A stretch of DNA of 62,166 bases, the filler included, from Stramenopiles sp. TOSAG23-3 (taxonomy: Eukaryota), in NCBI GenBank assembly GCA_900128585.1. It is 6 parts of 6 records of this genome, joined end to end, with 100 filler letters (N's around TTAATTAATTAA, not from the genome) between each part and the next. Parts side by side here need not be neighbours in the genome. Positions count along the whole stretch, not along the records: positions 1 to 26,694 come from LT642270.1; 5 more parts are not named here. One strand, 5' to 3'. The notes under the pieces were generated by a model. The model saw nothing but the letters and a program-made list of their open reading frames with translations, was not told where the DNA came from and made no database searches. Positions 1 through 10,124 of this stretch are shown here, piece after piece (positions within the stretch are counted from its first letter, which is position 1; each line of letters starts with the position of its first letter). The position numbers and the translations under genes were made by a program.

Positions 1-19
1 CTTTCTTTCTTTCTTTCTT

Positions 20-80
<61 letters not shown>
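1..80. repeat. (CTTT)n microsatellite
   Basis: Near-perfect CTTT tetranucleotide run at the window start. Confidence 0.95.
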
Positions 81-554
81 TTTATCATCATTTTCTTCTC
101 TTCATTATTATTTTCAGAATTTTATCTTCATTGTGATTATGTATTTAATTATTATTCCAATTATTATAAAATATAATAAAATAATATAAAAAAAAAAAGT
201 ACGCCAAGTGCACCAATAGCCAATTACCTAATAACATTATAATTATATCAGCACAGCACCACCATAAATAATAATATTGCAGTAGAAGAAGAAGAGAGAA
301 AGAAAAAAAAAGAAGAAGGAAGGAGGAAACGAAACTGTTTTTGTTGTTGTTTGGTTTGTTCGTTCCGCTGACAGAAATGGGAAGATCATAATCATAAAGT
401 CTATATAATATAGTATTGCTCAAGTTTCTTTCACACCTATTATACACGAACGAATCAAAAAATCTCAACACGAAAGAAGAGTTTAAACAGAGATTTGAAC
501 AAAACGCATATCATTATTTTAAGAATCCAAATTTATTAATTAGAAAATGTGCCA

Positions 555-3494
555 ATGAGTGGAATCGATACAAGTGCCCATGTGGGTGCCAACGGCCTTC
601 AGGTTGGGCCAGAAATGTTGGAAGGCGAACCATTAGAGGATGCGGGCATGTGGCTTACCCCTGAAGATAACATGGCCAAGCACCATCACCCTTGCACTCC
701 AATAGAAACTCCAAGGTCCGAGAGTGAGCTGTCGTTTGATTTTCACTACCCAACTGACAGTGACGAAGAAGAAGACCCTGCGGTAGACTTGACCAAGGTG
801 GCTTTTGGGGTTATTTATGTACCGACTAAACACTTCAAGGCCAGGAAACCATTGAAGACCCCAGTATGGCAGCAAATGTGCCGCCCAAGTCCATTGCCCA
901 AACGTCTACCGAAACAACACCCTAGCTACGAAGATGAAGAGAAAAGAATTCTTAGAGAGATGGCAGCAACGAAACGGATAGAAATAGAACAGGCTGTCGT
1001 GGAGCGGAAGAAATACGACCGGTCACGAGAAAATTCCCACGAGTGGGTTCAAGGACAGGTCTGGATGGAGCGAGAGATGGAGCTACGGTGGGAATTGATC
1101 TCATCGACGTACAGATTAAGCGAAAAATCTATTAGCAAACGAACAAAAAGAGAAAATGAGTTTAGTTTGGAACTAGTACGCGAAGCGATTGTCGAGTTGA
1201 AGACTCTGTTAAAAATGAAACCGACTCATCCGAACGGAAGAATGCTGATTATCCGCTGCATTGGTCGGCTGCCACATAAAGAGAGGGTCGCAATGTACGG
1301 ACCCTCGTACACCGTAGACTGGATATACAGAGCAAACCCAAAAACGTCGTGGAAAACGCCCTTTTTAAACCACCGAGTTCCTCGCACAAAACTGTACGAT
1401 CCACAATACAGAGTACTGGCATCCCACGAGGCGCCCCCAATGGCGTGGCTGCATTACATGGACATTAAAGTCGACGAGGGCATATCTGACGCACGTGAGC
1501 GTGGATCGAAGGCAGCTGCAAAAATCCAGAGACTATATTTGAAACGGTACAGGTTTCGGGGAAAAAATGCTACAGAGATCCAGCGATTGTATCGTGCACA
1601 CTGTATACGAATGGCTGTAAAGCGGAAATGGAAGCGAGAAGGGAGTGCACAAAGCATTATTGCTGCCCGAACCCGAGGGGTTCAATGGAGAGATAAATTG
1701 AGGCAAATGAAAATATCCATTGTAGTGTTGCAGTGTATGGCGAGGCGCCGAAGAGCCATGTGGGCGTTGTATGACTTGAAGCTGGACAAGGAGCATGGCG
1801 AGGCAGCAATACAAATACAGAAAATGATGCGCGGATGGTGGAGACGACGTTGCTGGAAATTAGCAAAGTTAAGAATTCGAGTGCTTCGGTTTGTCGTTCG
1901 GATAGGTGTCTTTATGAACCGTTGCCTGAGACGAAGGAATGCTTCCATACGGATTCAGACTTGTTGGAGGTGCTTCGTTCCCTGCAGAAATTATAGAATA
2001 TACAGGGAGACAAAGGCTGCAAAAAAAATTCAAACGATAACAAGAAAAGTGAAAGCAAGAAAAGAGTACAGGAATTACCTGCGTTCTATCCTTCGCCTCC
2101 AATGCAATCTTCGCCGGAAGCGAGCGCAAAAAGTTGTTGCCGAAACAATTGTTGAGCGCACCATTGAAGAAGAAGTTCGCGTAGACGACGAACAAGAATT
2201 TGTGGAGTACGTCGAAGAAAACTGTATAGACTCTGTTTTAGAGTTTTTGAAGACAAGGGAGGGAAAAATGATGGTTTCGACGGTAGCGAATAGATTATCT
2301 AGTCGAGACAAACAGTACCGGAGAAAACGGTTCTGGATGTGGTTCAAAGGTCAAGGGCAAGCCAAAGTGCTCAAAGCAAAGTTTGCTGTTTGGTTTAGTC
2401 ACTATGATGTGTTAGGTGTTGGGAGACTAGGGTTTGATTCGTTAAGGGCGTTCATGAAAGATGAATTGTGCGTGCCTGTTGACGATGAAGAGTTTACAAA
2501 CTTGGCCATAATGTTGGATGACAGCATACCTCAGGGTGGAACTCGAGGCGTTGGCGCATTGTTGAAACGGAAGAAAACCGTCTCAAGCGCTTTCTATGCT
2601 ACTTTCAATACCATCTACTTGTGGTTCGCACAGCTCACCGGCTGGCCCGTGGAAGAGAAAACAAAAATAAAGAAGAAAGCGCGAAGCAGCAAACCAAAAA
2701 GGGCAAAGTCTTCCGTTTCGTTAAAGTACGTGTCGGAGAAAGAGCATGCTGCTTCACAGAAAAAATTGAAGCGGAAGAAGGCTTTAAAACGAATCACCAC
2801 ATCGAAGTACAAAGGAATAGCCACAAAAACTATACTGGCACAGGTCCGTAGACACGCGCGGGCGAGTGCCATGGAAAGGTTTCGGGAAGTTCACCGGCCA
2901 TCTGGTGTATGCAGCCACTGTAAGAGGGCGTTTGCCTTCCACTCGGATTTAAACGATCATCGAGATGGAAAAATATCGCGTTCCACCGGGATCGCAAAAA
3001 TTATAATGGACGCGCACCTTGCTGCAGATGCTGAGAACGATATCGTGCGTCGCTGGAAGCTGTCTTGCGTGGATCGAAGTAATTTTGACGCCGCATACCT
3101 TGATCTGTCATACGGACGAAAAACCATTAAATCGATTTTAGGAGGCAGCAAACCATTATATAAACCAAGCTTTGCAGCAAACTCAAGGCTGAAAAACATA
3201 TTTCGATCCAAAGCGGGAAAAATAACGTCGAACTTGTTAAGTGACGCTACAGGAACCAAAGGGCTTCATCGTACAGTAGACTCCGGCGAAAAAGAAAGTG
3301 TCAGCGCAGCTGATCCCGCAGACATTCTTCCACTTGGTGGTGTTAACTTTGTAACAGCGACAAACAAATATGTTGTAACTGCTGAAGTAGCGAAAGGTGT
3401 CAAAGCAACAGCTTCAACCGAAGACGTTGTTACAGAAGAAGATACTGATTTGGATGAAGAGGAGGCTGAGGTAAGTGAAGATGGATTCTTGTAG
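555..3494 (+). CDS. Multi-IQ-motif (calmodulin-binding) protein with EF-hand-like segment and C2H2-like finger
   Basis: 979-aa ORF from ATG 555; repeated IQxxxR motifs (IQRLYRAH, IQKMMRGW, IQTCWRCF); YDVLGVGRLGFDSL EF-like loop; CSHCKRAFAFHSDLNDH. Confidence 0.75.
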   Translation: MSGIDTSAHVGANGLQVGPEMLEGEPLEDAGMWLTPEDNMAKHHHPCTPIETPRSESELSFDFHYPTDSDEEEDPAVDLTKVAFGVIYVPTKHFKARKPLKTPVWQQMCRPSPLPKRLPKQHPSYEDEEKRILREMAATKRIEIEQAVVERKKYDRSRENSHEWVQGQVWMEREMELRWELISSTYRLSEKSISKRTKRENEFSLELVREAIVELKTLLKMKPTHPNGRMLIIRCIGRLPHKERVAMYGPSYTVDWIYRANPKTSWKTPFLNHRVPRTKLYDPQYRVLASHEAPPMAWLHYMDIKVDEGISDARERGSKAAAKIQRLYLKRYRFRGKNATEIQRLYRAHCIRMAVKRKWKREGSAQSIIAARTRGVQWRDKLRQMKISIVVLQCMARRRRAMWALYDLKLDKEHGEAAIQIQKMMRGWWRRRCWKLAKLRIRVLRFVVRIGVFMNRCLRRRNASIRIQTCWRCFVPCRNYRIYRETKAAKKIQTITRKVKARKEYRNYLRSILRLQCNLRRKRAQKVVAETIVERTIEEEVRVDDEQEFVEYVEENCIDSVLEFLKTREGKMMVSTVANRLSSRDKQYRRKRFWMWFKGQGQAKVLKAKFAVWFSHYDVLGVGRLGFDSLRAFMKDELCVPVDDEEFTNLAIMLDDSIPQGGTRGVGALLKRKKTVSSAFYATFNTIYLWFAQLTGWPVEEKTKIKKKARSSKPKRAKSSVSLKYVSEKEHAASQKKLKRKKALKRITTSKYKGIATKTILAQVRRHARASAMERFREVHRPSGVCSHCKRAFAFHSDLNDHRDGKISRSTGIAKIIMDAHLAADAENDIVRRWKLSCVDRSNFDAAYLDLSYGRKTIKSILGGSKPLYKPSFAANSRLKNIFRSKAGKITSNLLSDATGTKGLHRTVDSGEKESVSAADPADILPLGGVNFVTATNKYVVTAEVAKGVKATASTEDVVTEEDTDLDEEEAEVSEDGFL

Positions 3495-3576
3495 AAAAGT
3501 TTGTTTGTTTGTATCTTTTTATGTGAAAAGAAGTTCACAAGGTTAGGTTATTAAAGAAGATAAATTTTAATTACCT

Positions 3577-3930
3577 AAAAACAAGAAAATTGGCTGTTAT
3601 TTAAGTAATTAATTACTAAACTGCCAAAGGTTAGTAACATAGGTTATTGTATTGCAAAACAAATTATATAGTGTATTGTATTGATATACTCTTAAATTAA
3701 AAACGAATGTCTAAATAATTTAGAGTTCAGTTCGCAGTACATTAATTTTAATTACTTAAATTAAAAACAAGAAAATTGGCTGTGATTTATAAGTAATTAA
3801 ATTTAGCAACAGCCAATTTTCTTGTTTTTAAAATTTAGCTTTGTCATATATACTCTTAAACTCTTAAATTTTAATTCTTTTGAGATAATATTACGAGAGT
3901 ATAAAAAAAAGAGGTGTGTCAGTTCAAGAA
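3577..3930. mobile_element. Cluster of short T-tailed repeat copies (34-bp core and heads), both orientations
   Basis: Core on minus strand at 3577-3610 and 3763-3798; truncated plus copy 3808-3830 flanked by AAATTTAGC x2; head GTCTAAA..GAGTTCAGTTCGCAGTAC at 3709-3750. Confidence 0.7.
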
Positions 3931-4076
3931 CCAAATCTCCCAAACATTACGCTCGTCCCCGCACTAACGCTTTAGGTTGTCTGCTCCCACTAGAAGCACC
4001 AGGGATGTTCAGCCCGTCGGTCATATTTGCAACAAGGATTTGCGCTTTCTCCCCCGATTTTCCAAACTTTTTCAGT

Positions 4077-6119
4077 TCAACGCGCGTCGTCTTCTTTTGC
4101 GTTGGAGTACAAAGGACAACCGGTACATTTGTCTCTCTTTTTATGTGTACAGTGCGGCTTTTGGCAGAAGTGTTTGTATTTGACTTCTTTGGGGATATAT
4201 TTTCTGCAGACATAGCACGAATACGCTCCACATTCGCTGCACGTCATTTTATTGCAGCCTTCAGTTTTGAAGAACCTCACTTTTTTACATCCAGGGCACG
4301 TTCGGATTTTGGCTTCTGTCATTTTTTCTTCAATTCGTTGTCTTATCGACACTTCATTCTTTTCCTCTGCCTCTTCACATTTAAATGGTATATGACTGCG
4401 CTTCTTACACTTGATGCAGCTTTTGATTTGGCACTTTGAGTTGGGACAATCAAAAATATTGTTTCCATGTGGGACAATTGCAGCAGCGTCACAAAATGGA
4501 CACTGGACTAGCCCGTCTATCTTTGCTTTCGAAACAGCAGCTCTGGCCACAGTTTGTTCATATTTTTGAAAAATTCGAGGGGGTAAAGCACGGCGCAGTT
4601 CTGCTGGGGAGTAAGTCCCTGTACAGGTCCCGTACATGTCCATACATTTTAGGACTGCCCTTTGTTTGCCGAACACTTCTTCTTGTACGTACCTACGGAG
4701 ACAATTGCCACAAAAGTGGTGTTTTCCAGTTGTGCAAGTTACCGTGGCAGGCTTTACAACATCTTCGCAACACACTAAGCACTCTACAGTGGTGTAATTG
4801 GTACCATTTTTAGCGTCCGCAGCCTCTTTCAAGATTCTATCGATTGGGCTCAGTGTCTTTAGCTCCTGCTCTCGCTCCCACTCCATTTCTGCACGAACGC
4901 CAGGATGAACTGGAAGTCGCCTACTCGTACTGTACCGTCCTGTGGATCGGGGTTGTTTCAGGAGCATCTGACGTTTCTTCATGTCTTCGAAGCTAATCCC
5001 ATTTAAATACTTTTTCGTTCTCACGTAAGACGGCCTGCCTGCCTGATGCCACCCACTTGTTATGGCGGACTGTTTCAGAAATGGAAAGTCATATGCGCAT
5101 AGCTGATGCATCGCAGATTCATGGTAGGCACTACTACTATTTGTGCTAATGACAAAATCCTTCTGTAATTGGTCAAGTATATCCCCTTCTGACTTGGACT
5201 CCTTGTCCGCTGCTGGTGCTTCTTCTGAAACGGCCGGAAACTCATTTTCTGCCATGTAAGACAGTAACTGTTTATAACAGTTCTGACAAGTTTTAGAATT
5301 TTTGCACCGTTCTTGCAATTTTTGCTTCACCCAGTCCTCTTTAACATTCGGGAAAATTTTTAGTATTTCCAACATGGGAGTCACACGCTCGCGTGGTGCT
5401 AATTGCTGGGCCTGTACCGGCGGTGCATTACCTGACAAATCGATAGCACCCGACAAATCCATAACTACTGGCGGCGATCTATTTCCTACAAACGGCCCTA
5501 TGTGCGCACTCTGGCCAACACGTTGATCTGTAGAATCATCACCATCAACAAGATTCACTACAATAGCCCCCTTGGCCATTTCTGCCGTGGTGTCCCTCAA
5601 AGCCGTCAAAGTTTGCGAAAGATTGTTCAAACGATCTCGTAATGCCTTTTGGCGATTAATTCTTCTTATCCTGGCAGCCTTTTCCATTTGCCTTTTTTCT
5701 AATATGGCTCGCCTACGAGCGTCGGGTTGTGCGAAAGAAGGGGGGAAGGCAAAGAACCTGTTCCGGGCAGCAGCTGTTCCGGGCGGCGAAAGAACGGAAG
5801 GCATGGGTCCACTGATAACTTTTTCTGCGGATCCATAGATTGCCTTACTTAACCCTGGAACAGCAAAACCTTGGCTACTAGACGGTCCACCTGTGGAGAA
5901 CGCTGGCATGCGCGCTGAGGGTAACGGTTTCTTGTTCACCTTTCTCTTCTTTCGTCGATTCCGCACACGCAGTGTTTCGCCAGTTGCTGTCGTCATGGTG
6001 GAGTAATCTTCTTCCCGATGGCGGACCCGCCCAACACGACGCTGATTCGTCCAAGCAGGCCTATTAGGGGGCACCACAGGACGTTCATCCTGCACCAAGT
6101 CGATAACCTCGTGAGCCAT
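4077..6119 (-). CDS. RBR (RING-IBR-RING) E3 ubiquitin ligase, RNF216/TRIAD3-like, with N-terminal SIM-like motifs
   Basis: RING1 CLVCCE..CTTGKHHFCGNC; IBR CPFC..CPNSKC..CIKC..H..C; RING2 CPGC..KTEGCNKMTCSECG..CYVC; VIDL/VVNL/AIDL motifs; ATG 6119. Confidence 0.9.
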   Translation of the reverse strand: MAHEVIDLVQDERPVVPPNRPAWTNQRRVGRVRHREEDYSTMTTATGETLRVRNRRKKRKVNKKPLPSARMPAFSTGGPSSSQGFAVPGLSKAIYGSAEKVISGPMPSVLSPPGTAAARNRFFAFPPSFAQPDARRRAILEKRQMEKAARIRRINRQKALRDRLNNLSQTLTALRDTTAEMAKGAIVVNLVDGDDSTDQRVGQSAHIGPFVGNRSPPVVMDLSGAIDLSGNAPPVQAQQLAPRERVTPMLEILKIFPNVKEDWVKQKLQERCKNSKTCQNCYKQLLSYMAENEFPAVSEEAPAADKESKSEGDILDQLQKDFVISTNSSSAYHESAMHQLCAYDFPFLKQSAITSGWHQAGRPSYVRTKKYLNGISFEDMKKRQMLLKQPRSTGRYSTSRRLPVHPGVRAEMEWEREQELKTLSPIDRILKEAADAKNGTNYTTVECLVCCEDVVKPATVTCTTGKHHFCGNCLRRYVQEEVFGKQRAVLKCMDMYGTCTGTYSPAELRRALPPRIFQKYEQTVARAAVSKAKIDGLVQCPFCDAAAIVPHGNNIFDCPNSKCQIKSCIKCKKRSHIPFKCEEAEEKNEVSIRQRIEEKMTEAKIRTCPGCKKVRFFKTEGCNKMTCSECGAYSCYVCRKYIPKEVKYKHFCQKPHCTHKKRDKCTGCPLYSNAKEDDAR

Positions 6120-7050
6120 TGTCAAAATGCGTTGGGTGATGCCTTTCACGCGCGCGCGGGAGCTACCAAAGAAAAAATGACAAGCGCACACAACACTTCG
6201 GGATCTTTATAGGTATGCCTTCAGTTTATCAATCGATAAATTTCTTTTCGTCAAAAGCATAAGAACATTTCTTACTTCAGAAGCAAAATATGAAATAACT
6301 AAACAAGATTCAAAGTAAAAAAAGGGGGGGGGTGCGGCTGGTCCGTCAGTGACGATAAAATAGTACAGTGTATTAGCTGTGTATATCATCATCAAGAGAA
6401 ATAGTATTTTTTATTAGTAGTAAAAAAAAAAGAAGAGAAGATCATTATTATTTCTTCTTCTCCTCACACATTCAATTTTTTTTTCTTCTACTTGTACGCC
6501 ACCGTTGGGGCTCTGTTGTATTACACAGTGTTTTTTGTGCTTTTATTACTACTACATAGTCTAGTCTCCTCGTAGTATAATAATAAGAAGAAGGAAAAAG
6601 AAGCAAAGAACGCACAGAAAAAAAGGAATGAAAGAAAAATGAATCAATTATTATTAACAAACAAATAAAATAAATACATTACACAGCAAAGGGCGGATAA
6701 ATAGGACTAGAAAGAAATCAACAAACTGAAGAAAGAAAGGCGGGATTTGACAAGGTCTATCTTTGTATTATATATATAGAATACTTTATGTACTTTTATT
6801 TATAATGAACTTTTGATATAATTAACACTATAAAAAGTGGTAAATTCTAATTTTAATTAGGAATATTTACGATAACAATATATGGTTGAGGAAGAAAAGT
6901 ACAACGACGATGAGATATTCTATTAGATTTTAAACCGGCGAGAAGGGCGAAAGAGAGAAAGTTAATATCCACAGAAGAGAAACACATAATATACACACAT
7001 ACATATATTTTATTGCCAGGACCACAAGTTGAGAGGCCGCAACAGCCCCT

Positions 7051-7363
7051 TTATATCTGCTGGGCTTCCTTTCGGGCAGCATCTTGCAATAACTCTGTAT
7101 CCACCTCGTCGCGAGGAATTTGAATATATCTAATGGTGGAGCCGCGAACGAAGCAGCTTTTCACAGAAACTAATTGTGGAAAACGTTCCTTATCTACTAC
7201 TTCGACGTTCGTTAGTTTAACATTCAAATATTGGTCGACGCTTTCCAATGTACCAGTAAGGGACAAATCATTCTTCAATTCTACACAAACTGCCTTACCA
7301 ACTAACGTTTTAAAAAAAGAATAAAAAATCTGTGTGAACCAGGGGAGTTCAGATACTTACCAT
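7051..7363 (-). CDS. LSM2: U6 snRNA-associated Sm-like protein LSm2; exons 7363-7361 (ATG) and 7329-7051; 31-nt intron 7330-7360
   Basis: Spliced product MIFYSFFKTLVGKAVCVELKNDLSLTGTLESVDQYLNVKL...VRGSTIRYIQIP..VDTELLQDAARKEA; intron GTAAGT...CACAG. Confidence 0.95.
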
Positions 7364-8514
7364 GATCGAAAAAGGCTAACAGGACTTCTATCTTTTGAAC
7401 AGATAAACTATTGATAAAATCCAAAAAATATTTAATGTCACGAATAAAACTGTTTATTTCAACAGCCGTTACAAATCGTTCGCTTGTTATTTTCCGTTTG
7501 ATTCATCACAAATATATTTAACTCCAAATACTTCTTTTTCTCTTCTCCTTTTTTTTTCTTCTTTTTTTTTTCCTTGTTTTTTTTCTTTCTTTCTTTCCTC
7601 CTTCTTCTTCTCTTCTTCTTTCTCTTCTTCTTTTGTTGTTGTGTGATGATGATGGTCGTTGCTTCTTTTTTTGTCCGTCTATCCTAATTTTAATCTCTTC
7701 ACTGTGTTCATGTTATTTCTTAATTTAAAATTTAAAATGAAAGGTGGTTGGTCGACAGCACAGGACTAGAGATATAACAGCACACAGGCTTGTAAACCGA
7801 AAAATCATTTCATTCATCTTTATAAAGGGGGAATAGAAGGAATACACTTACCTATATAATAATGAATATTAATACAACAAAATAATTACATAATCAGATC
7901 CCCTTTTATTCTTCTTTCTATCTCACTTTTTTTTTTAATTATTTTTTTCTACGTATATTTTTTTCTTTCTAATTATTTTTTGTTTGTTGTTGACAAATAA
8001 AAAATAAATATCGAAAAAATGATGTCTTTTTATTTTGTAAAAAAAATACAGTTTCATCATCGTTGAAAATTCTTCTTTGTTGTATTTTAATATATTAACA
8101 TATAAATAGCATAAGAATGAAGTAACCCAATCATCATCTTTTTCTTCTTTTCGCGCATTTTTTTTCATCTTCTCTCTTTTTCTTTGTTGTTGCTATGTAC
8201 CTTCTAAAATGAAGAAATAATAATAATAATCGTCATCATCATCAGCAGTCAACAACAACAAGCAACAACAATACGAAAACAACAATAAAAAAAAAAAACA
8301 TTTTTTTTATTGTTTAATCTACTACTACCACAGGTATTATTATTTGCTCCAATTGCGAAAAAGTCAAAGGAGAAAGAAATGATAAACAGTTCTTACAAAT
8401 GGTACACAATTATCGTTTTGCTTAAAGATTAATATTCTCTCACAAAGAAGCAGTTTAAACCACAGTCGGCATAGAATAGGACATTATCTATTTAACCAAA
8501 CAATAAACTCTTAC

Positions 8515-9867
8515 ATGGAATATGTCTTGGAGCCGTACAAGCTTGACTTTGGTGCAGGGGCACACGGGGCAAAAATAGATCGCGAAGAGCTTGCTGAAGT
8601 TGGCGCAACCCCCGTTCCTATTGATGAGAGAGCTTGCATCTCTTCAAGTCGGAAACATAATCTTCACTCAGAAGCATTAGAAAATCAAATAAACCAAGAG
8701 AATAAGACCGGGAAAAAACGTTCGCCAACAAACCGAAGGTCTTCGCGTCAAGGCTCACCGCTGTCGGATATTAACGAGTGCTTGAGCTCCCCAGGCGCCA
8801 CACTTTTGTTCAATAGCAGCCAGACTACTCCCCCGTTTCAAACATCTCTCACCAGCTCACCGTCCCGGGCTATTGATGCGATGAATATCGAATCACAACA
8901 CACTAGCATGAGCAGTGTAAATTCCAGCCATTACACGACCGCGAGTGATTTCGATAGCCAAAGCGCTTCTCCACAACATTTGCCGAATCGCCTGGCGGGG
9001 AATCGAACGACCTCCATATCACCGGTCACAATCAATTTTCAAAACCGATCTACTTCAAGCAGCATGTCACAAAGAAGTGAAGATGAGCACAACTCCGACT
9101 TTGAGGAATCACATGATAGGGCATACTTGCAGGCATCTCCTGTCATGTCCATGGAGGAGAATTCCCTGGAAGAAACAGAGACAGGCAGTACGAATGCGGG
9201 CGAGGCAGCCCCGTCTGAACCAGCACAGGAACCCCCTTCCGATTTAGACGCAGAAGCAGCCTCCATAGCACTTGCAAGGCAGTTGATGCAAGAGGAGAGC
9301 ATGATGGTGTACCAGCAAATGCAGGAGGAAGCACTGCGATTACAGCAGGCCATGGCAGCCTCTGCCGATGGCACGCAGGCTTCCAATGAAGACGATAGCG
9401 ACCTTATGTATGCTCTCGAACTAGCTAGGCAAGAACAGGTTATGGAAGAAGGGGGCATTGAAGATGATTCACTGGACCCCGATGAAATGGACTATGAAGC
9501 ATTGATGGAATTGGGCGAGCAAATGGGGGATGTGGCACAGGATCGTTGGCGAATGGATGCGCCGAAGATTATTGAAACTCTCCCAGTGCAGAGAATTACC
9601 AAAGAATTTTTAAGTCAAGTTGAGGGCAATCAAGGCATGTGTCAAGTGTGCCAATGTGATTACGAAGAGGGTGAAGAAATGAAAATATTACCATGTAAGC
9701 ATCACTTTCACCCAGAGTGCATAGATCGATGGCTTCAAGATCACCCAACTTGTTGCATTTGCAAGAGAAATGTAGTTGAAGCGGCCGAAGAAGAGGAACC
9801 CGACGATAAATTACCTGCTGCAGCCATTGCTGGAGGAAATAGAATCGTAAGGTCTCCATCCGCATGA
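8515..9867 (+). CDS. RING-H2 E3 ubiquitin ligase with UIM-like motifs (Big Brother/RNF38-like C-terminus)
   Basis: CQVCQCDYEEGEEMKILPCKHHFHPECIDRWLQDHPTCCIC; DPDEMDYEALMELGE motif; SIALARQL and DLMYALELARQE UIM-like. Confidence 0.9.
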   Translation: MEYVLEPYKLDFGAGAHGAKIDREELAEVGATPVPIDERACISSSRKHNLHSEALENQINQENKTGKKRSPTNRRSSRQGSPLSDINECLSSPGATLLFNSSQTTPPFQTSLTSSPSRAIDAMNIESQHTSMSSVNSSHYTTASDFDSQSASPQHLPNRLAGNRTTSISPVTINFQNRSTSSSMSQRSEDEHNSDFEESHDRAYLQASPVMSMEENSLEETETGSTNAGEAAPSEPAQEPPSDLDAEAASIALARQLMQEESMMVYQQMQEEALRLQQAMAASADGTQASNEDDSDLMYALELARQEQVMEEGGIEDDSLDPDEMDYEALMELGEQMGDVAQDRWRMDAPKIIETLPVQRITKEFLSQVEGNQGMCQVCQCDYEEGEEMKILPCKHHFHPECIDRWLQDHPTCCICKRNVVEAAEEEEPDDKLPAAAIAGGNRIVRSPSA

Positions 9868-10124
9868 AAACAACTGTGGTGTGGTGACTGGCGGTGACCA
9901 AATCATGCTCCATTTTCTCTCAAAACGATTAAGAAATACACACAATGTATTTGTCTGTGTGTCAAATTAATGGCACGGGATTTAGATAAACTAAATTTAG
10001 TTTTTGTAAAAAGAATTACTAGTTTGTGTGTAGGAAAACGTTTACACCTCTCTCAAATATTTTCACTTACGTGATGGCGCGGTGTTTGGCGACGTACGCG
10101 GACGGTATTTTGTCAGAGAATTTA

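Noticed and set aside
3761-3831. MITE with 23-bp TIRs and TA/TTAA TSD
   Set aside because: The second arm has its own 9-bp TSD and all other copies are unpaired; nested insertion is simpler
4077-4079. TGA as selenocysteine readthrough in the RBR gene, given SCLY in the window
   Set aside because: The in-frame continuation is short and unremarkable, and no SECIS is recognisable
3822-4439. 205-aa plus-strand ORF and other long antisense or overlapping ORFs (e.g. 40585-41223, 51940-52773, 56355-57107)
   Set aside because: Shadows of confident genes, with no recognisable motifs
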